Assembly (NCBI RefSeq): GCF_004010195.1
Contig: NC_057718.1
Location: 37,505,650 to 37,569,649, forward strand
Direction of reading: 5' to 3'
Source: Chiloscyllium plagiosum
Taxonomy: Eukaryota
Length of the DNA: 64,000 nt
Shown here: piece after piece, positions 22,945-36,045 of the stretch
Layout: every line of letters begins with the position of its first letter
Numbering within the stretch: position 1 is the first letter of the stretch
Notes under the pieces: generated by a model
Told to the model about the DNA's origin: nothing
The model's database searches: none
The model's input: only the letters and a program-made list of their open reading frames with translations
Program-made: the position numbers and the translations under genes

Positions 22945-24400
22945 TAGAAGAATATAGACAGATTAGGCAAGTGGACCAAAACATAGCAAATGGAATACAA
23001 GGTGAGAAATTGTAAGGTTATGGCAGGAAGAACAGAGTCACTAGAATCAAGCTCAACAAGTAATAGGGCATGGCAAATGGAATGTGGACCTTTATTTCAA
23101 ATGGAATAGAATAAATGGAATGGAATGCTTAAACTATTGCTATGAAGGTGTAGAAGCATACTGTACCTTTAAGAGAGTGCAGGACTAGAGAGGCACACAG
23201 AGTGTTGGAGAAGTTATATTGTAACATTTGGTCCAGCAGCTAGAGTAGCTGGTTGCCTAGATACAAAAACAGATTCAAATGCAGCCAATCAGTTTAAATT
23301 ATACCCCAAAAAACAAACTCCAATCAAGTTTGAATTGAGTATATTGACAATATTAAAAGCCAATGACACAAGCTGATGCTTTGGGGTATGAGACCCGGAA
23401 AACTTGAACAGTTGAAGGAGAATTGCCAAAAGACCAACAGATGTAGGCAGCTAGTCAGAACGCTCTGAGAGGTATCTGTCTAGAGAAGGGGTTTACACAG
23501 AAAAAAACCATCAACACTGACCTGGAAAGCAAATCTAGAGAGGAAGGTACAAAGAGAAGATTCAGCAGCTGGCTGGATTTGAAATTTGAATTGTTCAGTA
23601 AATCTTAATCTGGGGTTTTATCAGATTGATATTATAGAAGGGAAAGTAAAAGATAGGTTTGAAGGAGCAGTTGTAAATAGTTGTTAGTTAATTATTCCCT
23701 GTTATACTTTAGGAAATAAAGTTGTTAATTTTTTATTTTAAATAGTTCCTGGCTTCTTGAATTTTCACAGATTTACTGCACAGGATAAATCTTTTCTGTG
23801 TTGCTGGTTTAAATTAAGCAGGGAGGTTTACTCATGTCATAATATTATACGAGGCACTACTCAGAGCACTGTTGGAATACTGCAAAGAGTTTTGGGCCCC
23901 TTGTCTAAGGATGGATATTCTGACACTGGATGCAGTCCAGAGAAGGTTCACTCAGTTGATCCCAGGTATGGAGAGGTTGAGGAGTTTGGGTTTGTACTCA
24001 TTGGAGTTTCCAAAACTGAGAGGCAACCTTATTGTAACCTACAAGAGTCTTGACAGGGTAGACCTGGAAAGGATGTTTCCCTTTGTAAGAGAGTCTAGGA
24101 TGAGAGGGCATAATCTCTTAGTAAGGGGTCACACATTTAAGACAGAGATGAGGAGGAATTTCTTCTCTCAGAGAGTAGCATAACTGTGAATTTCTTTACT
24201 GCAGAGGCTATTGAGACTGAATTGTTAAGTATATTCAAGGCAGAGTTAGACAAATTTCTAATCAGCAACAAAATCAAAGATTGTGAAGAGAAGTAAGGAA
24301 AATGGATTTGAGGATCATCAGGTCAGCCTGATCTAATTGAATGGCAGTGCAAACTCAATGGGCTGACTAGCCTACATCTGCTCGAATGTCAGATGGTTTT
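22945..24400 (+). mobile_element. CR1 LINE 3' portion, interrupted by a solo LTR
   Basis: ORF 23872-24183 gives LDAVQRRFTQLIPGM...RGHTFKTEMRRNFFSQRV. The piece at 22945-23137 joins 23849 to restore an LKLY.AL motif. Confidence 0.85.
23138..23844 (+). mobile_element. Solo LTR (probably Gypsy/Ty3 type)
   Basis: Termini tgctatga...tcataata (decayed TGTTATGA...TCATAACA inverted ends); 4-bp TSD ctat/ttat (23134-23137, 23845-23848); AATAAA at ~23715. It interrupts CR1 cleanly. Confidence 0.75.
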
Positions 24401-25364
24401 GGTTATGGTTCTGTGGATGAAGATGGATAATCTTTACAAGCATGGATAATGACAATGTTTTGAGCGTCATGAATAACAACAGAAGATCAACATGCAATTG
24501 ATCACTGGGATCTTAAAGGCAGGTTGTTCCAGATCTCTGCAATTTCTGGAAGCTTGCTCCTTGTTTTGCAAAAGGTGAAAACTGCATCCATGTCTTACAA
24601 GGCAATTGATAAAAGTTTGAGGAACAGGGAGCAGAGATTTCCTCTGCCAGAAATTTCTACACCTTTAGTACACTTAGGACATAGATTAGTGGAGAATGGT
24701 CCAACGTGTGGGATAAAATGTTCAGATCACTGAAGAATATACATTGAGAGCAAAATAACACTGTTAAAGTATATCGTGTGCACAGCTTCCTATCTTTTAA
24801 TATGTGGGGAGAAGATGATACAGTATTACATCTGAGTTCATTAATAGGCTTTGGGGATGAGACTTTCATGTTTGCTGTGGAGATATTTCCTCACGTCATA
24901 ATCCCACCTCCTATTGTGACAAGCTACCTGGGAAGATTCTCATCCACAGGTAAGAATGCCTCCAGAGAAGGCAGAGACAGAGGTAGGCTGGGTTAAATGA
25001 GTCACTTCCATTCTCAGAGATACCAGCCAAATTCTGAATCAGTATGGGCCTTCTTAAACTTCACTCTCTAAGCACATTGATCCCTTTAGCCTCTATTAGA
25101 CGCCTCACCCCCAATTCCAATAATATCCCTTGCACCCAATGCTTATTCAAGACCCCTTTAACATCCCAATCTACTTGCAAGTCTCTGCTACAAACATAAC
25201 TCTTGAGCTCTTTAATAGCATTTGAAAGTATTTGAAAATTCATAAAATTACCCAAATAATTATTTTAATAAGTTACCTTATTCAGAAACTCATAAAGCTG
25301 TCAAAATAAGCAAACTCACATTTTCCAGAACAGCTGTGTAAACAAACCCTGCTGACCATAATCG

Positions 25365-25580
25365 ATGTTGGAATTTGCTACCACAGAAAGTAGTTGGGGC
25401 CAAAATATTGTATGATTTCAAGAAGGAGTTGCATATAGCACTTTGGAGAAAAGGGATCAAATGGTAAGGAGAAAAAGCAAGAACTGGCTATTGATCTGGA
25501 TGATCAGCAATGATCATAATGAATGGCAGAGCAGGCTGAAGGGGTGAAATGGCCTTCACATACTTCTATTTTATATATTT
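25365..25580 (+). mobile_element. CR1 LINE 3' end
   Basis: atttcaagaaggagttg...gatcagcaatgatcataatgaatggcagagcaggctgaaggggtgaaatggcct, a CR1 3' UTR. Confidence 0.8.
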
Positions 25581-26784
25581 CTTTGTTTCTATGTTTAATG
25601 CTTTGAAAGCAAGACAAGCAATCAAATTGAGATCCTGCAGAACAACTGTAAATAAATCTCCCGAAGCAAAATCCACTCAAATCTTTGAAATACATCTGTT
25701 AACACAAAGAAGCATCCAAGAAGATTACTAAGCTGAACAGCAAGGAAAAACGAAAGCAACAGAGACATTTCGCACAAATAGATCAGGATTTCAAACTGGG
25801 ATAGCCTTTCAAACTAGAACAATGCAGAAGAGAACTTCATCTGGTCCATCAGCTAAAGTATTGCTTCTAAACACATCTGTCAGCAGTAATAACCTGACTG
25901 CCGCATTAGTTAATGCTTCTGTACCTTTTCACTGTTTTTCACTGCAGTAAAATCAGGCATAACATATGTTATAGAATTTCATAAGGATATGTGAAGTGAG
26001 CAGCATATTTTGAACTGACCTTTTGTATGGTTCCTAATTCCAAACCATGCCTCCCCAGCCTTCCTGGTACCTTTGTCCTGATGTGACTCATGTTTCCACC
26101 CTCTTCTACCAAAATGATGAAGTTCGAAAATGTCCACAACCTCAATGGTGTCAACAGCATTGGGACAGCAGCATCTGAGCTTCCAATCTACCTATTTTCC
26201 CATACTGATGAAAATTCTAACTCCAGAAATGAACCTGGAAATTCAGGATCCAAGTACAATCCAACATTTCCAATGACTGCCCAACACACGTGATCTCGTA
26301 TGGGAATGAGAATATCCAGCTCATAAAGGGAACATTTTCTCAACAGGTTATTAGCCAGACAGCTGCAGTTTTGTGCACTTTGCTTTAGGATAAATGCTGA
26401 GGCACAGCAAAGATATTCATTATGCTATTAATAGAGTATTGCGAGGAAGACTGAAGAAACTGACATTTTTCCAACTGGATGAAAAGAAATTATCATGCTG
26501 TTATTACACCCAGGTGAGGAAGGGGGGCGGGGTAATGAATCAGCTCCCCACTTCTTCATCTGCTTGATCAATCAACAAGTAATATTTTTAATTCATTTTT
26601 GCACACAGCTATATTACATGTCAGTTTAAACATATACAAGCCAAAATTAAAGAGACAGTTAGCAGATTTTCTTGAATTAAAGAATAAGGAATTTTATTAC
26701 TTATTAACACTGAGGAATACAATAAATAACAATCAAATACCTACGCAAATACAGATGTCTGTCTTGAGAAGGAGAGGGTGGCTA

Positions 26785-26950
26785 GTAGACAATAGACAAT
26801 AGGTGCAAAAGTAAGCCATTCTGCCCTTCGAGCCTGCACCACCATTCATTATGATCATGGCTGATCATCCTCAATCAGTATCCTGTTCCTGCCTTATCTC
26901 CATAACCCTTGATTCCACTATAACCCTTGAGTCCACTTGATTCCCTTGAT
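26785..26950 (-). mobile_element. CR1 LINE 3' end (young, short)
   Basis: (tagacaa)2 tail, then gccattctgcccttcgagcctgcaccaccattc...gatcatggctgatcatcc. Confidence 0.85.
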
Positions 26951-27326
26951 TAGTACAAAAATTGAAGATAAAAATATATGCAGTTTCAGATTTCATGGAG
27001 TTTTTATTTTGTTAGAATTGAACTTGAGATTACAGCTGTTTATTTGATGTCTCTATCCTCAGAAGTAGCAGAGTTTGTAGAATCCTTGCATTCTCAATAA
27101 TGGGATGTTTCTCTGATTTGCTTTATCACTAATTCTTGCTTTTGAGAGACAGAGAGGAACAGAGAGAGAATGAGGAAGAGTATTCTAGGCCTTGCTTTTT
27201 TTTCTCTTTCTCTCTCCCTCAGTTATGCTTCCAAGTACCAATTGAAATATGGCTCAGTTGTGTACTTCTAAGCCTGCTGCCATTGCCTTTTTAAGTTGGA
27301 AATTTGAAAGCAACTCTTTCATGACT

Positions 27327-30300
27327 ACAGAGTCACAGAGATTTACAGCATGGAAACAGACCCTTCGGTCCAACTCGTCCATGCCGACCAGATGTCCTAA
27401 CCTAATCTAGTCACATTTGCCAGGACTTGGCCCATATCCCTCCAAACCCTTCCTATTCATATACCCATCCAGATGCCTTTTAAATGTTACAATTCTACCA
27501 GCCTCCACCACATCCTCTAGCAGCTCATTCCATACAAGCACCACCTTCTGTGTGAAAACGTTGCTCCTTAAGTCCCTTTTATATCTTTCTCCTCTCTGTC
27601 CTATGCCCTCTAATTCTGGACTCCCCCACTCCAGGGAAAAGATCTTGTCTATTTATACTATCCATGCCCCTCATAAGGTCACCCCTCAGCCTCCGATGCC
27701 CCAGGGAAAACAGCCCCAGTCTAGTCAGCCTCTTCCTATAGCTCAAATCCTCCAACCCTGGCAACATCCTTGTAAATCTTTTCTGAACCCTTTCAAATTT
27801 TGTAACATCCTTCGGAGAGGAAGGAAACCAGAATTGCACGCAATATTCCAACAGAGGCCTAACCAATGTCCTGTACAGCCACAACATGACCTCCCAACTC
27901 CTATACTCAATGCTCTCACCAATTAAGGAAAGCATACCAAACGCCTTATTAACTATCCGATCTTCCTGCGACTCTACTAACAAGGAGCTATGAACCTGCA
28001 CTCCAAGGTCTCTTTGTTCAGCAACACTCCATAGGACCTTACCATTGTTTTTACCGAGTTGATTTTAATCCTACTGCGAATCCTCTTGCAAGGCTGCCTG
28101 CCTTGAAGAAGTTTTCCTCCTCTCTCTACAAGAATCTCAGAGAGTCCCTCTCCCAATGCAACTCCCAGGTCATTTCCTACTCTATGCTACTTTCTTCCCA
28201 CCCCCACCCTCCTCTAGCTTATCTCTCCACACTTCAGGCTCTCTGCCTTTATTCCTGATGAAGGGCTTTTGCCCGAAACATCGATTTTACTGCTCCTCGG
28301 ATGCTGTCTGAACTGCTGTGCTCTTCCAGCACCACTAATCCAGAACCTTACCATTAAGTGCATAAGTCTTGCTAAGATTTACTTTTCTAAAATACATCAC
28401 TTCGCATTTATCTAAATTAAACTCCATTGCAGCCCATTGGCCCATCTGATCAAGATCCCGTTGTAATCTGAGGTAATCTTCTTCACTGTCCACTACACCT
28501 CCAATTTTGGTGTCATCTGCAAACTTACTAACTATACTTCGCATATGCACATCCAAATCATTTATATAAATGATGAAAACTAGTGGACCCAGAACTGATC
28601 CTTGTGGCTCACCACTGATCACAGGCCTCCAGTCTGAAAACCAAACCCCCACCACCACCATCAAACCAGTTTGGCTTCTAAATGGCTAGTTCTCCCTGTA
28701 TTCCATGAGATCTAACCTTGCTAACCAGTCTCCCATGACGAACTTGCCTTACTAAAGTCCATATAGATCATGTCTACTGCTCTGCCCTCTTCTTCATGAG
28801 ACATGATTTCCCACGCACAAAGTCATGTTGACTATTTCTAATCAGTCCTTGCCTTTCCAAATACTCGTAAATCATGTCCCTCAGTATTCCCTTCAACAAC
28901 TTGCACACCACCGATGTCAGGCTCACCAGTCAATAGTTCCCTGGCTTGTCCTTATCACCTTTCTTAAATAGTGGCACCACGTTAGCCAATCTCCAGTTTT
29001 CTAGCACCTCACCTGTGACTATCAATGACACAAATATCTCAGCAAGTGGTGCAGCAATCACTTCCCGAGTTTGCCCCAGAGTTCTAGGGTACTCCTGATC
29101 AGGCTCTGGGAATTTATCCACTTTTATGCATTTCAAGGCATCCAGCACCACCTCATCTGTAATATGGCCATTTTTCAAGATGTCACCATCTATTTTCCCA
29201 TATTCTATATCTTCCATGCCCCTCCCCACAGTAAACACTGATGCAAAATACTTGTTTAGTAACACCCCATCTCCTGCGGCTCCACACATTTGCTGCCTTG
29301 TTGATCTTTGAGGGGTCCTATTCTCTGCCTAGTTCTCTCCCTTTTGCCCTTAATGTATTTGTAAAACCCCTTTGGATTCTCCTTAACCCTATTTGCCAAA
29401 GCTATCTCATGTCCCCTTTTTGCCCTCCTGATTTCCCTCTTAAGTATACGTGTATTGCCTTTATTAAGGATTCACTCGATCTATCCTGTCTATATCTGAC
29501 ATATGCTTCCTTCGTTTTCTTAACCAAACCCTGAATTCCTCCAGTCATCCAGCATTCCCCACACCTACCAGCCTTTCCTTTCACTGTAACTGGAATTTAC
29601 TGCCTCTGGACTCTCATAGTCTCATTTCTGAAGGCTTTCCATTTTCCAGCCGTCTCTTTACCTGCGAACATCTGCCCCCAATCAGCTTTTGAAAGTTCTT
29701 GCCTAATACCTTCAAAATTAGCCTTCCTCCAATTTAGAACTTCAACTTTTAGATCCGGTCTATCCTTTTCCATCACTATTTTAGAGCTAATAGAAATATG
29801 GTCGCTGGCCCTGAAGTGCTCCCCCATGACACCTTGCCTTATTTCCCAAGAATAGGTCAAGTTTTGCACCTTCTCAGAATCAGAAAACTTTCTTGTACAA
29901 ACTTGACGAATTCCTTTCCATCTAAACCCTTAACACTATGGCAGCTCAAGTTTATGTTTGGAAAGTTAAAATCCTCTAGCATAACCACTATTATTCTTAC
30001 AGATAACTGAAATCTCCTTACAAATTTGTTTCTCAATTTCCCGCTGACTATTAAGGGGTCTATAATATAATCCCAATAAGGTGATCATCCCTTTCTTATT
30101 TCTCAGTTCCACCTAAATAACTTCCCTGGATGTATTTCCAGGAATATCCTCCCTCAGTACAGCTGTAATGCTATCCCTTACCAAAAACACACTCCCCTTC
30201 CTCTCTTGCCCCCCTTTCCATCCTTCTTATAGCTTTTGTATCCTGAAACATTGCGCTGTCAGTCCTGTTCATCCCTGAGCCATGTTTCTGTAATTGCTAT

Positions 30301-30918
30301 GATATCCCAGTCCCATGTTCCTAACCATGCCCTGAGTTTAACTGCCTTCCCTGTTAGGCCTTTTGCATTGAAATAAATGCAGTTTAATTCTCTGCTTTGT
30401 CCCTGCCTGCCCTGACTGTTTGACTCGCTTCTTTTCTCAACTGTGCCAGTCTCAGATTGATCTCTTTCCTCACTATCTCCCTGGGTCCCACCACCACCCC
30501 CCACCTTACTAACTTAAATCCTCCTGAGCAGTTCTAGCAAATCTCCATGCCAGTATATGAGTCCCCTTCCAGATCAGGTGAAATCCATCCTTCTTGTACA
30601 GGTCACCTCTACCCTAGAAGGGATTCCAATGATCCAAAAATGTGAACACTTCTCCCATACATCAGCTCCTCAGTCATACATTCATCTGCTCTATCCTCCT
30701 CATTAGCTCATAGCACTAGGAATAATCCCTCAAGGACCTCCTTCTTAAATTCCTGAATAACTTTTCATATTCTCTCTTCAGAATCTCATCCTTTTCCCTT
30801 CCTATGTCTTTCGTTCCAATGTCCCTCTCCCCGTTGAGAACATTCTGCACCCTCTGTGAGACATCTTTGATCCTGACACCAGGGAAGCTACACACCATTC
30901 TGATTTGACTAAACTTCT
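27327..30918 (-). mobile_element. Long CR1 LINE copy: ORF1 SGNH esterase, ORF2 APE endonuclease and RT, 3' UTR; decayed
   Basis: Minus-strand ORFs in order: MVCSFPGVRIKDVS..IGTKDIG (ORF1), CIYFNAKGL..DIIAITETWL (APE), GEHFRASDH, WRLANVVPLFKKG.KDKPGNY, GEPQGSVLGP..SKFADDTKIGG (RT) and LYRTLVRPLLEYCVQFW. Confidence 0.95.
28047..28344 (+). mobile_element. Penelope-like family A internally deleted copy, 11-bp TSD, with hammerhead
   Basis: accttaccatt occurs at 28036-28046 and 28345-28355. Hammerhead attcCTGATGAAGGGCttttGCCCGAAACATCgatt at 28251-28286; stem III has lost its palindrome (CG>CA). Confidence 0.9.
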
Positions 30919-31180
30919 CATGCAAGTGTAAATTAAAACAGGAATTGCCAGTTTATTAATGTCTGGCTCAGTTGGCTGACCCCAAGTAAATATGATAATT
31001 TCAGTTCAGGTAATTTCGTTTATTTTACATTGGTTTCCCAAACTATCCATAATCTGTGGTCAGGTAATTTCTGCAGTTCTTTTGGGTCCATGTTTCTTCA
31101 TTTTTAAAACTAAATTTAGTCATTGAAGGTCTCAATTATTAAAATTAGATAATGAAACTTGAAGATTAATTGTCCATATT

Positions 31181-31563
31181 AGGTGATGGCCTAGTGGCAT
31201 TACCGCTGGACTATTAATCCAGAAACTCACCTAATGTTCTGGGGACCTGAGTCTGAATTGTGCCATGGCAGATGGTGGAATTTGAATTCAATAAAGTATC
31301 TGGAATTAAGTATCTATTGATGACCACGAAAAATTCTCGATTGTTGTAAAAATCCTTCTGGTTCACTAATGTCCTTCAGGGAAGAAAATCTGCCATCTTC
31401 AGCTAGTCTGGTCTACATGTAGCTCCAGACCCACAGCAATTTGGTTGTCTTTCACTGCCCTCTGAAATAGCCTAGCAAGCCATTTAGCTCAAAAGCAACT
31501 AGGGGCATGCAATAAATGCTGGCCAGTTGGTGAAGCCTACATCCCATGAGTGAATTTAAAAAC
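31181..31563 (+). mobile_element. SacSINE1-like tRNA-derived SINE, near full length
   Basis: Head ggtgatggcctagtgg, body ctggttcactaatgtccttcagggaag, and tail gcaactagggg..caataaatgctggcc..catcccatgagtgaattt shared with the LINE 3' end at 52500-52562. Family name from memory. Confidence 0.75.
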
Positions 31564-33109
31564 AAATTACCTCCATTGAGACTGATAAAGTGAAACAGCT
31601 TCCTTAGGTCAGTGAGTCAATAACTAGAGGGCATAAATTTATGATTATTACCAAAAGAACAAAGGGAGAGATTAGGTGATTATTTTTATGCAAGCCTGCC
31701 TGATTGAGGCCTCTGAGGGCAGAAGTCCCACTTAATCAGAGACTGACAGGAATTCATTACCAACAGGCCCATGAGAGTGCATGAGGTGTCCTGGAATGGC
31801 ATGGGACATCAGAGACCCAGGTCAAAGGTGAATTACCTGGGGTTCACAAAGTAGGAAAAGTCTCAGGAGATGGGGATCAGGCAGGGGCTCAGGGATAATG
31901 GAGCTCGATTAGCGCATTAACAATCCAACTATCATTAACAACGATGGTATCCTGCCGCTGACAACTGAGAATCCCACATAAGCCCCTTCAGAATATTTCT
32001 GGGGAGGTTCTATTCTGATTCAGGGTTTCTCTTGTGATTAAGTGGGTCAGGCTGCCACAGTTCCTGATCCAATGGGCTACAGTAAATCCAGTTCAATATG
32101 TGGGAATAGCTTCCTTTGTGCCTCTGCAGCCTATTTAATACTTGTAACAAGGTGTTTATTGTTCAACATAAAATATCTCATTTAAACACTTGCCGTAAAT
32201 CTGCTTGCTTAACGTTGGCTGACCTGAGGAAACCTATAATGTACCTCTAAACTCTACCTTTCTCTTTCCCTCTCTGGTGCTTTGAGGCAGCTGTTTCAAA
32301 GATTTAATCCTCATTTAATTCCAGCAGTAAAGCAGGTCTGGCCCAGGATTGTGAAAGACTGGTCTCAGCTGTTCAGGATGTGCTCTTCCTTAGCAGAAAT
32401 CAATATAGATGCCTTGCCATATTGTGATTATGTTACACAGATTGGAAGCAGTTCTAGCACTAGCGTATGAACAGCTGTGAATGTATCTAACAGCTGAAAA
32501 CACAATCTGTTTATCACAGGAAGACTTTTCACAGGATACTCCAGCGACGGAGGATCACCATGGGTAACACCATTAGATTGCTTTACATCCCATGAGTGAA
32601 TCTTAAAAAAAATTACCACTATTGAGACTGATAAAGTGAGACTAACTAAGGAAGGGGTAAAAACACTGAAATGTAATGGATTCTAGTAAGAAACAATTTT
32701 GATCTTTAATAGTAGCACTGCCTGCTTGACTTTAATATCTGTGTTTAGAGAGGTTAAGAACTAAATAGTAGAATAATATTTTCTCCATTTATATTATTGC
32801 TTTTCACAATCCTAGAAATCATTGATGTTTCATTTTAGGGTCAACTATGAACTACTTATCTTATTTAATTCTCTAACATTCCACTTGTCTTCTGTATTTG
32901 TGAGTTGGATGGTCGCTTATCCATCCACCAATAGGCTGGCAAATAGGATAAATTAACAACTGTTACATGAATTCATCAAGGATTTAATGTTGGGAATTGC
33001 ATTTCCTTGTTTTTTGGCATTGGAGGCTGAAATCAGTGCAGAGTCTGTCAAAAACTGGGATTTTGATCCCTGCACTAGTGCCAGGATCTGATAATCCAGT
33101 CTTTGTTGT

Positions 33110-33218
33110 GTTTATTCATGGGATGTCATCTTTGCTGCGTAACCAGCATTCAAAGCCCATCCCTAATTGCTCTTTGAGAAAATAGCGGTCAGCCACATTC
33201 TTGAGCTGCTGCAGTTTG
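33110..33218 (-). mobile_element. 3' tail of the CR1-group LINE (5958-type family)
   Basis: tttattcatgggatgt...ccagcatt...gcccatccctaattgctctttgagaa matches 5965-6075. Confidence 0.7.
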
Positions 33219-33377
33219 CTGTTTCTTTTTATTTTGTTGCTCTTTATGGCAATTTGTTCTGCACAAATTAGCTGCTGCTTTTCCTGAATACACTTTGTTG
33301 TTGTAAAGACATTTGAAAGATTAGAAAGACCATTGTAAAGCTGAAAAAAATAGGTGAGTCAACCAATAGCTTGTAAT

Positions 33378-33797
33378 AAAGGAGGTAAAAACAATGACTG
33401 CAGATGCTGGAAACCAGATTCTGGATTAGTGGTGCTGGAAGAGCACAGCAGTTCAGGCAGCATCCAAGGAGCAGCGAAATCGACGTTTCGGGCAAAAGCC
33501 CTTCATCAGGAATAAAGGCAGTGAGCCTGAAGCGTGGAGAGATAAGCTAGAGGAGNNNNNNNNNNNNNNNNNNNNNNNNNNNNNNNNNNNNNNNNNNNNN
33601 NNNNNNNNNNNNNNNNNNNNNNNNNNNNNNNNNNNNNNNNNNNNNNNNNNNNNNNNNCCCTCCTCTAGCTTATCTCTCCACGCTTCAGGCTCACTGCTTT
33701 TATTCCTGATGAAGGGCTTTTACCCGAAACATCGATTTCGAAGCTCCTTGGATGCTGCCTGAAGTGCTGTGCTCTTCCAGCACCACTAATCCAGAAT
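33378..33797. mobile_element. Penelope-like family A palindromic cassette, 15-bp TSD, central N gap
   Basis: ccaatagcttgtaat (33363-33377) versus ccaatagtttgtaat (33798-33812); near-perfect inverted arms flank the gap at 33556-33657. Confidence 0.92.
33478..33513 (-). ncRNA. Minimal type I hammerhead ribozyme, family A (intact)
   Basis: Minus strand reads attc-CTGATGA-A-GGGC-tttt-GCCC-GAAA-CG-TC-gatt. Confidence 0.8.
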
Positions 33798-34796
33798 CCA
33801 ATAGTTTGTAATGTCTTGTGTCACTCTCATTTGCCAGGCATCCACATAGAAAAACCTATCACAGGAGTTGTGAATGATCAGCTCCATAAGGCCACACTAC
33901 AGCTTCACTTCAGGGAAGATTCACCATTGTTCCACAAGTAAGGAGGAGAAACTGATGGTATCGGAGTGACACTGGAGAGTCAGCACTGTTTCTATCCTTG
34001 GCCTGCAGTGACTAGAAACTCTAGCCTCACAAGAATTACTTAGAAAAGGAGCTTCTTGTTTGACAGAATCATGTAAAAAACCTGCAGGTGAATGAGGAAT
34101 TTAGCGGAATCATTCAGCAAAACTGTGCAGTGGTAAATTGCAATAAATTGAGAATTTGACAGCAAGTATGTGCCTCCAAATTTGTAACTGACTTTTAGTC
34201 AACCATCGGGCATGCACCAATATGAGGGATGGCTATTGTGGAACTTTTAAAGGCACAGAGGGGGTATACTGTATAAGAAGTCAACTCAGTGGGTTAGCTA
34301 CTGAGATAGGGTGGCATGTAGGTGACAGGTAGGGTGGCAAATGGGTGGGTAGTCAGGTCAGGTCTAGTGGGTGGTCTGGGTATGGGGACATACTGGGGTT
34401 AAGAGGATAGCTGGAGATCAGGAGGATAGACAGAGGTCAGGAATGGGAGGAGCTGGAAAGTGAGTGGTTCAGAAGGGTTGTCAGGTATATGGGCTAGTTG
34501 GGTCAAGTCAGGGGCAAACAGGGGATATAATCAAGTGTTGAAGGAGTGATTGGGTCAGGTACAGAGAACAGACTGTGAGGTAATGCTGCTTGGAGGTTGT
34601 ACAGACAGATCAGATTAGGGAGTAGCCAGTAATCACGTTGAGCCAGGAGCTTGTCAGTAGGTCAAGTGTAATAGTTAGGTAGTGGGTGTAGTCAAGTTGT
34701 GTCAGGAGGATAGTTGAGGGTATCTGGATGGTGGGATGGGTAGTCTCAATTAATGCGAAATTTGGAAAAATACATTTCACTAATCAGTATATGTTT

Positions 34797-35095
34797 GATT
34801 AGATTAGATTACTTACAGTGTGGAAACAGGCCATTTGGCCCATCAAGTTCACACCAACCCTCCAAAGAGCAACCCACCCAGACTCATTTCCCTTTGACTA
34901 ATGCACTAAGACTATGGGCAATTTAGCATGGCCAATTCACCTAACCTGCACATTTTTGGACTGTGGGAGGAAACCCACGCAGACATGGGGAGAATGTGCA
35001 AACTCCACATAGAGAGTTGTCTGAGATGGGAATTGAACCTGGGTCTCTGGCGCTGTAAGGCAGCAGTGTGAACCACTGTGCCACACTGCTGCACC
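34797..35095 (-). mobile_element. HE1/V-SINE
   Basis: Head, core and tail present, with (gatta)n tail; homologous to 61976-62275. Confidence 0.9.
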
Positions 35096-35116
35096 CAAAC
35101 TAGAAGAGTTGTGGAT

Positions 35117-35414
35117 AGATTAGATTCCCTACAGTGTTGGTGCAGGCCCTTCAGTCCACTCCGAAGAATAACCCACCTAGATGCATTTCCCTCTGACTAA
35201 TGCACCTAGCACTATGGACAATTTAGCACGACCAATTCACCTGACCTGCACATCTTTGGACTGTGGGAGGAAACCGGAGCACCCGGAGGAAACCCACGCA
35301 GACACGGGGAGAATGTGCAAATTCCACACAGACAGTCACCCGAGGCTGGAATCGAACCTGGGACCCTGATGCTGTGAGGCAGCAGTGCTAACCGCTGCAC
35401 CACCGTGCTGCCCC
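35117..35414 (-). mobile_element. HE1/V-SINE
   Basis: Core ggactgtgggaggaaaccggagcacccggaggaaacccacgcagacacgggg and tRNA-like head. Confidence 0.9.
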
Positions 35415-35552
35415 AATGTTGTGAACAAATAGTATCAGAATCACTTAACACTATATCAAATGTAGCTGCTTTAAGTGGTATTGTCCCAATACAAAAATGT
35501 AGTTTCATTTGAAGAGAGAACTTACATTCATTATAATTATTTTGATGTAACT

Positions 35553-36045
35553 TAGAGTCATAGAGTCATAGAGACATACAGCACCTTCAGTCCAACTCGT
35601 AAATACTAACCAGATATCCTAAACTAATCTAGTCCCATTTGTCAGCACTTGGCCCATATCCCTCTAAACTCTTCCTATTCATATACCCATCCAGATGTCT
35701 TTTAAATGCTGCAATCATACTAGCCTCCACCACTTCCTCTGGCAGCTCATTCTATATAAGCACCCTCTGAAAATGTTGTCCCTTAGGTCCCTTTTAAATT
35801 TTTCCCATCTCACCCTAAACCTATGCCCTCTAGTTCTGGATTCCCCCACCCCAGGGAAAAGGCCTTATTCTATCCTTCAGCCTCTGACACTCCAGGAAAA
35901 CAGCCCCAGCCCTACTCAACCTCTCCCTATAGCTCAAATCCTCCAACTCTGGCAACCCTTGTAAATCTTTTCTGAACCCTTTCAAGTTTCACTGCATCAT
36001 TTCAATTGGAGGGAGACCAGAATTGCATATAATATTCCAAAAGTG
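35553..36045 (-). mobile_element. CR1 LINE 3' fragment
   Basis: (tagagtca)n tail and homology to 27327-27850. Confidence 0.9.

Noticed and set aside
27417..27926. 169-aa plus-strand ORF (also 50559-51080 and 21130-21648)
   Set aside because: Antisense frames of CR1 or PLE coding remnants.
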